Source: Myxococcales bacterium (GTDB lineage Bacteria > Desulfobacterota > Binatia > UTPRO1 > JBBIJE01). Taken from it: a stretch of 64,000 nucleotides of DNA. Both the position numbers and the translations under genes were made by a program. Shown one piece after another: positions 47,089 to 56,874 of this stretch; positions within the stretch are counted from its first letter, which is position 1, and the number at the start of each line of letters is the position of its first letter. The notes below the pieces were generated by a model. That model was not told the DNA's origin. It made no database searches and was given only the letters and a program-made list of their open reading frames with translations. Location of the stretch: the NCBI GenBank assembly GCA_037446155.1, contig JBBIJE010000002.1:9171-73170 (forward strand). Direction: 5' to 3'.

Positions 47089-48843
47089 TTGGCGATGAAC
47101 TGGGGGTATGCGTTAACGTTCTCTCTCCTGCTTTCTCTCGCGGCGTTCAATCCAGTGGCGCAGGCGGTGGAAGACTCGGCGCAAGATTTACCTGGGGCGG
47201 CCCGAAGCTTGAGCGCCGAATCGGAGCTCGAGCAGCTTCGCCGCCGGCCGCAGGCCGCCGCGATCCTCTGGCACCAGTGGCGCCCCGCATCGGAAGCGAT
47301 TGCCCGCGGCGAATTCGCAAGGCTCGGCCCGAGCCGCGAAGCAGCGCTTCGGCTTACGTTGAAGGAGGCAGTCGCCACCGCCCTAGGCAACAACCCGGGC
47401 ATCGCCGCCCAGCGACTTAGCCCGCTGATCGGACGCGAGAACGTGCGCCAGGCCCTCTCCGCGTTCGATCCGGTGGCTTCGCTGGAGGTGAGCAAAGCAC
47501 GCCGAGAAAGTCCCAACCCTTCGGCGCTGGCCGGAACGCTGGCGAATGTGAACACCAACTTCGATGCTAATTTTCGCCTCGGCAAGCTCACTCGATCGGG
47601 AGCGCAGCTCGCGCTCGACTTCACCAACAACCGCCTGCGCTCGAACGCCATCTTCGAGAGCTTGGTCCCACGCTTGACCTCGGAGCTGACTCTTTCCCTG
47701 ACCCAGCCTCTGCTGCGAGACTTCGGCTACGACTTCAGCTACCTTCTGGTACGCATCAACCGCGTAAGCAGCAAAGCGCAGCATTACGCGTACGAAGCGG
47801 CGCTCAACGCCTTCGTCAAGAGAATAGTCGAGGCGTACTGGAACCTCGTCTTCGCCCGCGAAAACCTCAAAGTGCAGGAGGAATCGTTGCGGCTCGCTCG
47901 CGAGATCGTGAAACAGAACAGGGCGAGGGTCGACGTGGGACTGCTTCCTCCGGTTGCGGTGAAGGAGGCCGAGACGGAAGCGGCTCTGCGCGAGGAACAG
48001 GTGATCGAGGCCGCCAATGCCCTCGACCTCGCCGAAAAGACGCTGCGTCAGGTAACCCACCTCGAAGAGCCCGGAGCGCTGCGTCCCCGCGCCATAGAAC
48101 CGGCGGAAGACCCCTCGATCGAACCGGTGACGGTCGATCCCCAGGAGGCGCTGGCGACGGCGCTCGAGCGACGGCCCGAAATGCTCGCCTCGGCTCTGGA
48201 ACTCAAGGCCGCGGAGCTTACGGTAAGGCTAAGAGAAAACCAACTGCTGCCCCGGCTCGACTTGGTCGGCTCGGCTGGTCTCAACGGCCTGGCCGGCGAC
48301 GCGAAGATCGTAGAATTCGGCGGACAGCAGTTCTCCACCAGGTTCGACGGCGACTATCTGGACACCCTGGACCGGCTTGGCAGTACTGATTTCTATTCCT
48401 TTTCGGCCGGCGTGCGCGTAGAGGTACCGCTCGGGAACGCGGCAGCCAAGAGCGATTACACCAAGAGCAAGATCGAGCTTTCGCGCTCCGAGCTGCAGCG
48501 GCGCCAGCTCGTTTCCGACATTTCCCTGGAGGTAGACAAAGCAGCCGGGGACGTGACCTCGGCTCTCAAGCGAGTGGCGGCCAGCCGGCTGGCGCGCGAA
48601 CTGGCCGAGGAGAATCTGAGAAACCAGCAGAAGCGATTCGAAGTCGGCATGGCGACCACCACCGACATACTGGACTTCCAGGAGGATCTCACCAAAGCGC
48701 GGGCGGCGGAGGTAAAGGCAGCCATCGACTACAATGTCTCTCTGGCCGACTTGGAACGGGCCAAAGGAACTCTCCTGGAACGATATTCGATCGTATTGGA
48801 GGAGCCGGGCGAAGAGTACGTTCCTTGGTGGGCGAGGCTTTAG
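47089..48843 (+). CDS. TolC-family outer-membrane efflux protein
   Basis: Signal peptide. Two TolC-like repeat halves and coiled-coil segments. C-terminal DYNVSLADLERAKGTL. Confidence 0.85.
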   Translation: MAMNWGYALTFSLLLSLAAFNPVAQAVEDSAQDLPGAARSLSAESELEQLRRRPQAAAILWHQWRPASEAIARGEFARLGPSREAALRLTLKEAVATALGNNPGIAAQRLSPLIGRENVRQALSAFDPVASLEVSKARRESPNPSALAGTLANVNTNFDANFRLGKLTRSGAQLALDFTNNRLRSNAIFESLVPRLTSELTLSLTQPLLRDFGYDFSYLLVRINRVSSKAQHYAYEAALNAFVKRIVEAYWNLVFARENLKVQEESLRLAREIVKQNRARVDVGLLPPVAVKEAETEAALREEQVIEAANALDLAEKTLRQVTHLEEPGALRPRAIEPAEDPSIEPVTVDPQEALATALERRPEMLASALELKAAELTVRLRENQLLPRLDLVGSAGLNGLAGDAKIVEFGGQQFSTRFDGDYLDTLDRLGSTDFYSFSAGVRVEVPLGNAAAKSDYTKSKIELSRSELQRRQLVSDISLEVDKAAGDVTSALKRVAASRLARELAEENLRNQQKRFEVGMATTTDILDFQEDLTKARAAEVKAAIDYNVSLADLERAKGTLLERYSIVLEEPGEEYVPWWARL

Positions 48844-49086
48844 GCGCCACCCCGGTCCGAGCCGGGAACTCATCCTCGCCGAAAACCTCCGCTCGACGGG
48901 AAACTACGAGCCGGCGCGTAAGGGGAGTCATCTTCTGCCGGCCGCCCCTTGTGGTCTTGTGCCGCGCAGTGATGCTCGATCGGGGGCGCAGCGCGCGAGC
49001 AGGCTGCCGATACCCCGGGTCGTGCGCGCTCGACAGATCATCCGAGCGACAAGAACCGGCAATCGTCCGAGCCGGAGGTCGCGGCC

Positions 49087-49365
49087 ATGGCCGACCGATC
49101 CGGCATCGGCCGCAAAAGGCCTCTACTCGTCCAGCTCTCGCGATTCGACCGCTTCGAGGATCCCTCGGCGCCAGTCAGGGCCTATCGCGCGGTACGGCAG
49201 ACCTTCGATTGCAAGCTCCTTCTCCTCGGCGCAGGGGCGCAGGACGATCCGAAGGGGGCAAGGGTGCTCGCGGAAGCGAGGGAGCCTTTGGCCGAAAACC
49301 CAGGCATTTGCGTTCCGGGGCCGGCGGTCGAGAGCGGGTCAGCAGGCCCCCTCAACGCTGGATGA
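49087..49365 (+). pseudogene. Remnant of a GT4-family glycosyltransferase (C-terminal-domain fragment only)
   Basis: RPLLVQLSRFDRFEDPSAPVRAYRAVRQTFDCKLLLLGAGAQDDPKGARVLAEAREPLAENPGI resembles the conserved C-terminal Rossmann half of GT4 enzymes. Only 92 codons, no N-terminal domain, and the end overlaps folE. Confidence 0.4.
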
Positions 49366-49900
49366 GATTCATGAACTCCTCGCGGGTCTCTCGCCGAGTG
49401 CGAAACACGCCGAGGCATGCGCTGGTAACTATGACCGAGTTCTGCTTTTCCACGCCGCGCATTCTCATGCACAGATGCTCCGCCTCGAGAACCACTCCCA
49501 CACCCATGGGCTCGAGCTCGGTCATCAGGGTGCTGGCGATCTGCGTGGTGAGACGCTCCTGCACCTGCAGGCGGCGGGCGTAAATCTCGACCAACCGGGC
49601 GAGCTTGCTCACCCCGATTATGCGCCGCTTGGGGATGTAAGCCACGCTGGCACGCCCGAAAAACGGCAGCATGTGATGCTCGCAGAGAGAGAAGAAATCG
49701 AGATTCTTGAGGAGGATCATCTCCTCGTAGTCTTCCACGAAGAGGGCGCCGTTTATGACCTGCCTAGGCTCCTCATGGTAGCCCTTCGTAAGATAGCGAA
49801 GCGCCTTCTCGACCCGTTGGGGAGTCCTGCGAAGCCCTTCTCGGTCCGGGTCCTCCCCCATTTCCCGCAGAATCGCGCGGACGTTATCCTGTATGTTCAT
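49352..49900 (-). CDS. folE: GTP cyclohydrolase I
   Basis: Start MNIQDNV. FSLCEHHMLPFFG (Zn-binding CEHH) and AYIP. ORF extends to 50029. Confidence 0.9.
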   Translation of the reverse strand: MNIQDNVRAILREMGEDPDREGLRRTPQRVEKALRYLTKGYHEEPRQVINGALFVEDYEEMILLKNLDFFSLCEHHMLPFFGRASVAYIPKRRIIGVSKLARLVEIYARRLQVQERLTTQIASTLMTELEPMGVGVVLEAEHLCMRMRGVEKQNSVIVTSACLGVFRTRRETREEFMNLIQR

Positions 49901-50025
49901 AGCGGGGCGATTATAACGGAGCGGCTGAACGGGGCAACTACCGTTCAGGGCGGTGCTCTGCGCCGTGTCGGGCACCGAATCGGGAAGAGGACCGGCGGGT
50001 TCGGCGGACCCTCGAGGCCTGCCCT

Positions 50026-51063
50026 TCAACCCCTGCTCTTCTTCTCCAATGCCCGCACACGCTGGTACTTGCGGTAGTCGTAGCCGGTCGCCATGGCCAT
50101 GAGAAGCCCTTCCATGCCCCCCTCCTTCTCCCGCCGCAAGATCGAGAGCCGGTCGAAGAACTCGTGGAAATCCTTGTTCACGCGCCGCTCGTCGCTCATC
50201 GGGGAGAGGAAGAAATCTTTGAGCCGCGTCACCGTAAAGCGCAACGCCGAGAAACGGAGCTCGTTAGGAAACGCGTCCCATTCGGCCAAGGAAAGGGTGC
50301 GCACCTGCTCGTAACCCCCGAGGATGGCCTCGAATTTCTCGAGAATGTATCTGCCACCTTCGAAACACAAAGCATTGACGGCGGTGGCCAGGTCGAAAAT
50401 GAACTTGCCGCGACAGGAGGCTTCGAAATCGAGCACCGCCGTCAAGCGATCTCCGCGAAAGAGCAGGTTGTCGAAAAAGAGATCGCCGTGGATTATACCC
50501 TTCGGCAGTTTTCCCTCGAGGTAGTTCTGCAGATATTCTATCTCCTCGTCGAGCGTGCGGACCATCCTCTTGAAATAGGCCGGCAAGCTACGACGCACGT
50601 CTCTGTAGATCTCCAGAACCCGCTCGAAACTGAACCGGTTGTCTATTCCCTTTTTGTAGATCTTACCTAAGACATGCAGGTCGGCTAGGACTCTTCCGAT
50701 GGTCTCGAGCTGCCCGAGCGTGAGCTTCTCCGGGCGAACCGCCTTGCCCTCCACGTACTTGTAGACCGACACGCACTTCCCCCCCAACTCCTGGTAATAG
50801 CGCCCGTGGCAATCAGCCAGTGGCTGGGGACAGGGAAATCCGTGTTTCTGCAGGTAGAGCAGCAGTTCTAGCTCCCGCTTGACCTCGAGCTCGCCCTTCA
50901 CCTCGTCTATCTTGAGGAAGAACTTGCCCTTGGTGCACTCGAGCCGGTAGTTCGTGTTGACCGAGCCGGTCGTCACGCCGTTGGCGCTAATCAACCGGCC
51001 GAGCCCATAATCCTCGGCGATTCTCAGCAGGTGCTGCCTGTCTACGAAGGTATAAACTGCCAC
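50026..51063 (-). CDS. Type II homoserine kinase-like protein (aminoglycoside-phosphotransferase/protein-kinase fold)
   Basis: IIHGDLFFDNLLF catalytic loop and DFE motif. Lower GC and a Lys-rich protein relative to its neighbours. Confidence 0.7.
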   Translation of the reverse strand: MAVYTFVDRQHLLRIAEDYGLGRLISANGVTTGSVNTNYRLECTKGKFFLKIDEVKGELEVKRELELLLYLQKHGFPCPQPLADCHGRYYQELGGKCVSVYKYVEGKAVRPEKLTLGQLETIGRVLADLHVLGKIYKKGIDNRFSFERVLEIYRDVRRSLPAYFKRMVRTLDEEIEYLQNYLEGKLPKGIIHGDLFFDNLLFRGDRLTAVLDFEASCRGKFIFDLATAVNALCFEGGRYILEKFEAILGGYEQVRTLSLAEWDAFPNELRFSALRFTVTRLKDFFLSPMSDERRVNKDFHEFFDRLSILRREKEGGMEGLLMAMATGYDYRKYQRVRALEKKSRG

Positions 51064-51182
51064 TTGAGCGATTAGGCCCGCCTTTCGAGGCCACCTAGCT
51101 TATACCTGTAAGTATGCGATTGTCAAGAGAAAAATGAACACCCGCGAATTATCAAGGCTTTTCGCGGCAGCCGCGCCCATCG

Positions 51183-51851
51183 CTACAAAAGCTTCGGGCA
51201 AAGTCGCTCGAGGGGGCAACGGGGACAGTCGGGCGCGCGAGCCTTGCAGACCCTTCTTCCGTGGTGAATCACGCGATGCGAAAAGTGGGTCCACTGGCGC
51301 GCGGGCAGGAGTTTTTGGAGATCGATCTCGATCTTGTCCGGGTCGCCGTCGCTGGTAAGGCCGAGCCTCGTCGCCACGCGCTTGACGTGCCGGTCAACCA
51401 TGATGGCGGGGACACCCAAAGCCGTCCCCAAGACAACGTTGGCCGTTTTGCGTCCCACACCGCCGAGCTTTACCAGCGCATCGATGCTCGTTGGCACCTC
51501 GCCTGCGTGCCGCTCGACGAGCGCACGCATGCACGCGGTTATGGCCTTCGCTTTCTGCCGGAAAAAACCGGTGGGACGAATGACGTCTTCGAGCTCGTGC
51601 AGGTTGGCACTCGCAAGCGCCTGGGGGGTGGCGTATTTCTCGAACAGGGCCGGCGTCACCTCGTTCACCCTTTCGTCGGTGCATTGTGCCGAGAGAATCG
51701 TCGCCACCAGAAGCTCCCAGGGGGAGCGATAGTTGAGCGCACACCAGGCGTCGGGATAGGCCTTGGCGAGGGCCGAAGCGATCTTGCGCGCCCTCTCCCG
51801 GCGCTCTTCTTCGCTCTCCCGCCGCTTTGGACTGCGCCCCTTACCTTTCAC
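51183..51851 (-). CDS. nth: Endonuclease III (DNA glycosylase/AP lyase)
   Basis: Probable GTG start at 51851 with GGGAGG RBS, within ORF 51183-52193. HhH-GPD (LVKLGGVGRKTANVVL) and C-terminal CxxxxxxCxxCxxxxxC 4Fe-4S loop. Confidence 0.85.
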   Translation of the reverse strand: MKGKGRSPKRRESEEERRERARKIASALAKAYPDAWCALNYRSPWELLVATILSAQCTDERVNEVTPALFEKYATPQALASANLHELEDVIRPTGFFRQKAKAITACMRALVERHAGEVPTSIDALVKLGGVGRKTANVVLGTALGVPAIMVDRHVKRVATRLGLTSDGDPDKIEIDLQKLLPARQWTHFSHRVIHHGRRVCKARAPDCPRCPLERLCPKLL

Positions 51852-53512
51852 CCTGCTCCCTCCCGCATGTGGCAGCGTTCGCTCTCCAGCGACCCGCGAT
51901 ACCTGCCAAGCTCCTCCTCTCGGGCGCGCGCGTCCCACAAGAGGAGCCCGGCTAAGGTATCGACCACCGCGCGAGCCCGACTCAAGCCCGCATCCGGAGC
52001 TCTGAAAGCTATCTGCGTTCGCCTGCGAAAAACATCTTCCAGGGTAGCCGCGAACTCGCCCGCCACCGCGTAAACCAGCTCCGCCCAAATGTAGGGGAGC
52101 CCTTCTATGACCGGTTCTCGTTGCGCCGGATCGCTCAACAGAGAAGCGAGTTCCACGGCCCTGGCCCCGTACGTCTGGACGATATGTTCCCACACTTCCT
52201 TGGGAAGATCGGCGGGCGGGTGCGGTGGCGGCCCGTTAGAACCCCAGCCTCCCGCCCCGGGGAGAGGCTCGATCGCCGTCTTGCACGGAGCGAAGGAGCG
52301 CCGAGGGTCTTTTCGAGAAAGCAACTTGACCACGCGGTCGGTTGCCTGCTCCGCCATCCTGCGGTACGTGGTGAGTTTCCCTCCCGCCACCGATATGAGT
52401 CCCGAGGGGCTCTCGATCATCGCCTCTTCGCGGGAGACGCGAGACGGCTCCAACCGCCGGCGCGAGGTGGATTCGACTAGCGGGCGCACACCGGCGTAAC
52501 TTGCCACTACGTCGCTCTCTCGAAGCGAAGCGCCGGGAAAGTAGTGGTTCACCGTCTCCAAGATATACTCCACGTCGGCGGGCTCGGACGAGACGGCATC
52601 TGGAAGTTCGTCGAAATCGGTATCGGTGGTACCCAGCAAAGCCTGCTCCTGCCAGGGGATGACGAACATCACGCGGCGGTCCCGCACCCCCCTTATGGCG
52701 ACCGCGCAGCGGTTTCCCACCCTTTGCCTGGGCACGAGTAAATGCACTCCCTTGGTCGGGCGCAAAAGGGGCTTGGAAGCGGGGTCATCCAGGGCGCGCA
52801 CCCGATCCACCCAAGGGCCCGTGGCGTTTATCACTATCGACGCTCGAACCCTCAGTCCCTCCCCGCTCAACTGGTCCTCCAACTGCACCGACTCTATCTT
52901 CCCGGTATCGCCGTGGGTAAACCCCACCACACTCATGTGGTTGCAGGCGACGGCGCCATGAGCGCAAGCGGAAATCACGTTTTCGAGGGTGAGCCGCGCG
53001 TCGTCGGTCCAGCAATCGTAATACAACATCGCGCCCCGAAGCCCGCTCCGTTTCAATCCCGGCTCCACCCCCTCGACCCGCTCCCGGCCGAGATAACGAT
53101 GCAGCCCCACGTTGCGGAACGCCGAAAGAGCATCGTACAACCACATAGCGGCGCCAAGCCGCCACCGCCCGACCGGATCCCCGGCAAAGATGGGAAAGAC
53201 GAACGGCAGCGGCCGCACCAGGTGTGGCGCCAGGCGCCGGCGGAGCAAGTCACGTTCCCGGCACGCATCCAAAACGAGCTTGATGTCGAACTGCTCCAGG
53301 TAACGTAACCCACCATGCACCAGCTTCGACGACCGGCTGCTCGTTCCCGAGGCGAAATCGCCCTTGTCCACCAACGCCACGCTCATCCCCCTCATTTGCG
53401 CGTCGCGCGCGATGCCGGCGCCGGTTATGCCTCCGCCGATCACCAACAGATCGAACTGCCGCCGAGCCAGCGCCTCTTTGGCGTCGGCCCGCCTCTCGCG
53501 CAAGCTCTTCAC
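51848..53512 (-). CDS. glpD: FAD-dependent glycerol-3-phosphate dehydrogenase
   Basis: FDLLVIGGGITGAGIARDAQMRG FAD-binding motif and DKGDFASGTSSRSSKLVHGGLRYLE. Confidence 0.85.
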   Translation of the reverse strand: MKSLRERRADAKEALARRQFDLLVIGGGITGAGIARDAQMRGMSVALVDKGDFASGTSSRSSKLVHGGLRYLEQFDIKLVLDACRERDLLRRRLAPHLVRPLPFVFPIFAGDPVGRWRLGAAMWLYDALSAFRNVGLHRYLGRERVEGVEPGLKRSGLRGAMLYYDCWTDDARLTLENVISACAHGAVACNHMSVVGFTHGDTGKIESVQLEDQLSGEGLRVRASIVINATGPWVDRVRALDDPASKPLLRPTKGVHLLVPRQRVGNRCAVAIRGVRDRRVMFVIPWQEQALLGTTDTDFDELPDAVSSEPADVEYILETVNHYFPGASLRESDVVASYAGVRPLVESTSRRRLEPSRVSREEAMIESPSGLISVAGGKLTTYRRMAEQATDRVVKLLSRKDPRRSFAPCKTAIEPLPGAGGWGSNGPPPHPPADLPKEVWEHIVQTYGARAVELASLLSDPAQREPVIEGLPYIWAELVYAVAGEFAATLEDVFRRRTQIAFRAPDAGLSRARAVVDTLAGLLLWDARAREEELGRYRGSLESERCHMREGAG

Positions 53513-54273
53513 CTGAAGCCCAAAAGCTTGTGAAGCTGGGGAACGACCCGCACATCGCCGTGGCGCTCCGCCCCCGCGCGAGTGAACTCCTCGAGGCGGG
53601 CGAGCGGGAAGCTCAGCCGACCCTCACCTGGCGGCCAGATAGGCTGAATGAACATGGGAACGTCGCCGCAGACCTCCGACACGAGCTCGGCGGCTTTGGC
53701 TACTTCGCCTGGATTGGTATCCTCATCCACAGGAAGCTTTACGTATAACGTGAGGCCGCCGCCGAGGCGAGAGGCGGCGAGGCGAAGCGACGCCTCGTGC
53801 TCCGCCCAAAGCGGCCGCTCTCCCGAGTTCGACGGTAGTTTGATATCGAGGCTCAAGAAATCCACGACCGGCAGTACGCGCTCGAGGGCATCCGGCAGAG
53901 TCCCGTTCGTCTCCAACAGAATAGCTAGCTCCCGATCGAGCGCCGCTGCCACAGCGATGACGAAGCCCGGCTGCGCAAGCGGCTCCCCGCCGGTTATGGC
54001 CAGAGTACGAGCGGCAGGCTCCTTGGCGCGCAAGGGTCGCAGTTTGTCCGCCAACACCCCAGCCTCGATGGGGTTTTCCAGGAGCGCAGCCGTCCCATTT
54101 CCCATCCAGACGCGGCACACAGGGACCGGCACGAGGCTCTCCGGGGTGTCGCAATAACGGCAGCGAAGATTGCAGCCGGCAAGCCGCAGGAAAATGTGCC
54201 GCTGCCCCACCAGCAGCCCCTCTCCCTGGAAAGACGCGAATATCTCGGATACGTTCCCCCGACTCATGCTCAT
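53509..54273 (-). CDS. queE: 7-carboxy-7-deazaguanine synthase (radical SAM)
   Basis: EIFASFQGEG...RLAGCNLRCRYCDT (CxxxCxxC next to the QueE-type N-terminus). Confidence 0.75.
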   Translation of the reverse strand: MSMSRGNVSEIFASFQGEGLLVGQRHIFLRLAGCNLRCRYCDTPESLVPVPVCRVWMGNGTAALLENPIEAGVLADKLRPLRAKEPAARTLAITGGEPLAQPGFVIAVAAALDRELAILLETNGTLPDALERVLPVVDFLSLDIKLPSNSGERPLWAEHEASLRLAASRLGGGLTLYVKLPVDEDTNPGEVAKAAELVSEVCGDVPMFIQPIWPPGEGRLSFPLARLEEFTRAGAERHGDVRVVPQLHKLLGFR

Positions 54274-54342
54274 GCTTGCGACCGCCGCCCCCGCGATGCC
54301 TTCCGGGCCACGATAGAACTTAACATACGACCGCTGCGGTCG

Positions 54343-55728
54343 CTATCCGGTCGGGGGAAGGGCGAGAACGAGTTTGAGATCCATCACGTTGACGCCAGTA
54401 GGGCCGGGTCGGAAAAGGTCTCCCAGCGCCCCAAAGAACGCGTAGGAATCGTTTCGGGAAAGGAAGGCGCGCCAGTCGAGCCCCAGCGCGCGCGCCCGCG
54501 CCAGGGTAGTGCCATCGACGAACGCCCCGGCCGCGTCGGTAGGGCCGTCGATCCCGTCCGTTCCTGCGCTCAGCAAGACCACCCGTGGTAGCGCTGCCAA
54601 GGCCTCTGCGGCGACCAGGGCGAACTCCTGGTTGCGTCCCCCCAGCCCGCGGCCACGGACCTCGACCGTCGTTTCCCCCCCCGCGACCATGAGAAGGGGC
54701 GAGCAACCCTTTAGAAGCGCCCCCACCTTGGCCGCCACCCCTGTGGCGAACCCCCGCGCGGAAGCAGCCGTGTCCCCGCTCAGGCAGCAGCCCATATCCA
54801 GCACTTGAAACCCGCGCGCGAGCCCGGCTCGCACGGCCCCCTCCCGGGCGGTATGGTTGGTCGCCAAGGTAACGAGAAGCCGCCGTCTTCGCGTGCCCCT
54901 GGCAACCGCGGACGGTTGCTTTGGTGTATCTTTTACCTTGCCGGCGAGGCCGCGGCTCAAATGCTCCCGCACCGCCTCCCCCGCTCGCTCCCACAAGCCG
55001 TAGCGACGTAGCACCGCCACCGCGTCCGCGAACGTGGTCCTGTCGGGAACCGTCGGGCCCGAGCCCACCACCGCCGGGTCGTCCCCCATCACGTCGGAGA
55101 CCAGAAGCGTCAGGCAAGGCCTCCTGCCGAGCAGCCTGCCGAGCTGACCCCCTTTTACCGAGGAAAGATGCTTGCGAACCGCGTTGATCTCCCCGATATC
55201 CGCCCCCGACTCAAGAAGCGCCCGCGTGACCGCCACCTTCTCGCCCAGCGGGATTCCCGGGGCGGGCGCGACCAATAGACTCGACGCGCCTCCGGTGATA
55301 ACTACAATCACGGGGGTATCTTCGGAGAGGCCGGCGATTTTCGCTACGAGGGCTCGGGTGGCGTTTTCGCCGCGCTCGTCGGGCAGGGGATGGGAAGCGA
55401 CCCTTTGCTCGACCCGTTCGAGCTTCGCTTCGTACCCATCCGGAACTATGACCAAACCACCGGCGATGCGAGCGCCGAGCGACTCTTCGAGGACGGCCGC
55501 CACCGACGCCGCCCCCTTGCCCGCCCCGAAGACCATAGCCTTCGCGTTACTCGCTACCTTCCACACCCGACCGCCGGCTGGATCGCGAACACCCCAGCCT
55601 TCCTCAGTGCAAAAAACCAGAGGAGGTACGAGGCGCCTGGGATGGACTGCCGCAACCGCAGAAAAGTAGATCTTCTCCAGTTCGACTCGCGCCGCCGATG
55701 CATCCTGGGGCGTCATCCCTGGACCCAC
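54343..55728 (-). CDS. Glycerate kinase (MOFRL family)
   Basis: Two-domain layout with VVITGGASSLLVAP and MVAGGETTVEVRGRGLGGRNQEFAL. Confidence 0.8.
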   Translation of the reverse strand: MGPGMTPQDASAARVELEKIYFSAVAAVHPRRLVPPLVFCTEEGWGVRDPAGGRVWKVASNAKAMVFGAGKGAASVAAVLEESLGARIAGGLVIVPDGYEAKLERVEQRVASHPLPDERGENATRALVAKIAGLSEDTPVIVVITGGASSLLVAPAPGIPLGEKVAVTRALLESGADIGEINAVRKHLSSVKGGQLGRLLGRRPCLTLLVSDVMGDDPAVVGSGPTVPDRTTFADAVAVLRRYGLWERAGEAVREHLSRGLAGKVKDTPKQPSAVARGTRRRRLLVTLATNHTAREGAVRAGLARGFQVLDMGCCLSGDTAASARGFATGVAAKVGALLKGCSPLLMVAGGETTVEVRGRGLGGRNQEFALVAAEALAALPRVVLLSAGTDGIDGPTDAAGAFVDGTTLARARALGLDWRAFLSRNDSYAFFGALGDLFRPGPTGVNVMDLKLVLALPPTG

Positions 55729-55803
55729 GGAAGCCTGCCTCCTGCCTTGCCCGCCACTAACCTTTGACGTATAAGCCTACCCCTGACCGAGAGGAGGGTA
55801 ACC

Positions 55804-56328
55804 ATGGCTGACGGCCGAACCTTTCGTCGCCTTTTTGAGGCATGGCGTCAAGTCCTTACCGACCCCGCAGGATTTTTCCAAGAGATGCCTGTAACCGGCG
55901 GTCTTGGGACTCCGCTGGCTTTTCTCGCCGCGTGCGCGGTCCTCTTCGCGGTGGGGATCGTGCTGGTCAGCGGAAACTTCGGCTGGGGGCTAGGGCTTTT
56001 GATCTGGGCCATCGTAAAGGTTGCGATCGGGGCGGCCATAATCCGCCTAGCCGCCAGCTCTCTTTTCGATGGGCAGGCCGGCTACGAGGCGACTTTTCGC
56101 GCCTGCTCGTATGCGGCCGCGCCCATAGTGTTCCTGTGGATCCCGGTCATCCAGTACTTCGCGGCCCTTTACTTGGCATACCTATTGGCCAAGGGGATCG
56201 AACGGGTGAACGGATTTCGGATGGCCGAGGCGCTCTTGAGCCTCGTGGCGGCCGGTGCGGTGGGAGCGTGCGTCCTGCTGGCCCTCGGGCTTGCGGACTG
56301 GATCCCTGCCTATCCGATCTTTCGTTGA
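55804..56328 (+). CDS. Yip1-domain membrane protein
   Basis: About 5 TM helices, 174 aa, N-terminal cytosolic segment. Weak family-level recognition only. Confidence 0.5.
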   Translation: MADGRTFRRLFEAWRQVLTDPAGFFQEMPVTGGLGTPLAFLAACAVLFAVGIVLVSGNFGWGLGLLIWAIVKVAIGAAIIRLAASSLFDGQAGYEATFRACSYAAAPIVFLWIPVIQYFAALYLAYLLAKGIERVNGFRMAEALLSLVAAGAVGACVLLALGLADWIPAYPIFR

Positions 56329-56359
56329 GGGCGCCGGCCCCTCGAGCGCCCCGCCGAGG

Positions 56360-56785
56360 CTAGCTACCTTCCTCGTCCAAATCTTGGGTTCCCAGGCGCC
56401 GGTAGGTTCTATCTTCATCGAAACGGCGCTCGAGCTTTTCGCGCCGCTCCTGCTCCCCCTGGCACTGCACGCAAAGCAGCGTGAAGGGCATCGCTTTCAA
56501 GCGGGCTTCGGTGATCTCGCCCTCGCAGGACTCGCATATCCCATAGGTGCCATTTTCTATTCTCTGCAAAGCGTCTTCGATGGCCTTGAGCTTCTCGCGG
56601 TCGCGGCCACTGAGGATCAAGCTCATTTCCCGGTTGCGCTCCTCGCTAGCGAGATCGTACGCGTCCATCCCTTCTTCGCGCCCGCCTGCCCGGCCAGCCC
56701 TAAGGCCGGTCTTGATATCCTTGAGGAGCTGCTCCTTGGCGCTCTCCAGCGTAGCCCTTGCGCTCTGTAGGAAATCCTTCCTCAT
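56360..56785 (-). CDS. DksA/TraR-family C4 zinc-finger regulator
   Basis: Coiled-coil N-terminus and CESCEGEI...CVQC zinc finger. Confidence 0.75.
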   Translation of the reverse strand: MRKDFLQSARATLESAKEQLLKDIKTGLRAGRAGGREEGMDAYDLASEERNREMSLILSGRDREKLKAIEDALQRIENGTYGICESCEGEITEARLKAMPFTLLCVQCQGEQERREKLERRFDEDRTYRRLGTQDLDEEGS

Positions 56786-56874
56786 ATTTCACCTTGAGGG
56801 CAAAAATCTAGGGGCTGCCGGATCGCAAGTCAACATACTTTTTGCGCGCGCCCCGCGACCCGAGATGCTTCCAG

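Noticed and set aside
48734-50077. 447-aa + strand ORF, plus 48825-49583 (252 aa)
   Set aside because: Both are antisense or out of frame to TolC and folE, and R-rich. Only the 49087-49365 segment has meaningful similarity (GT4 fragment).
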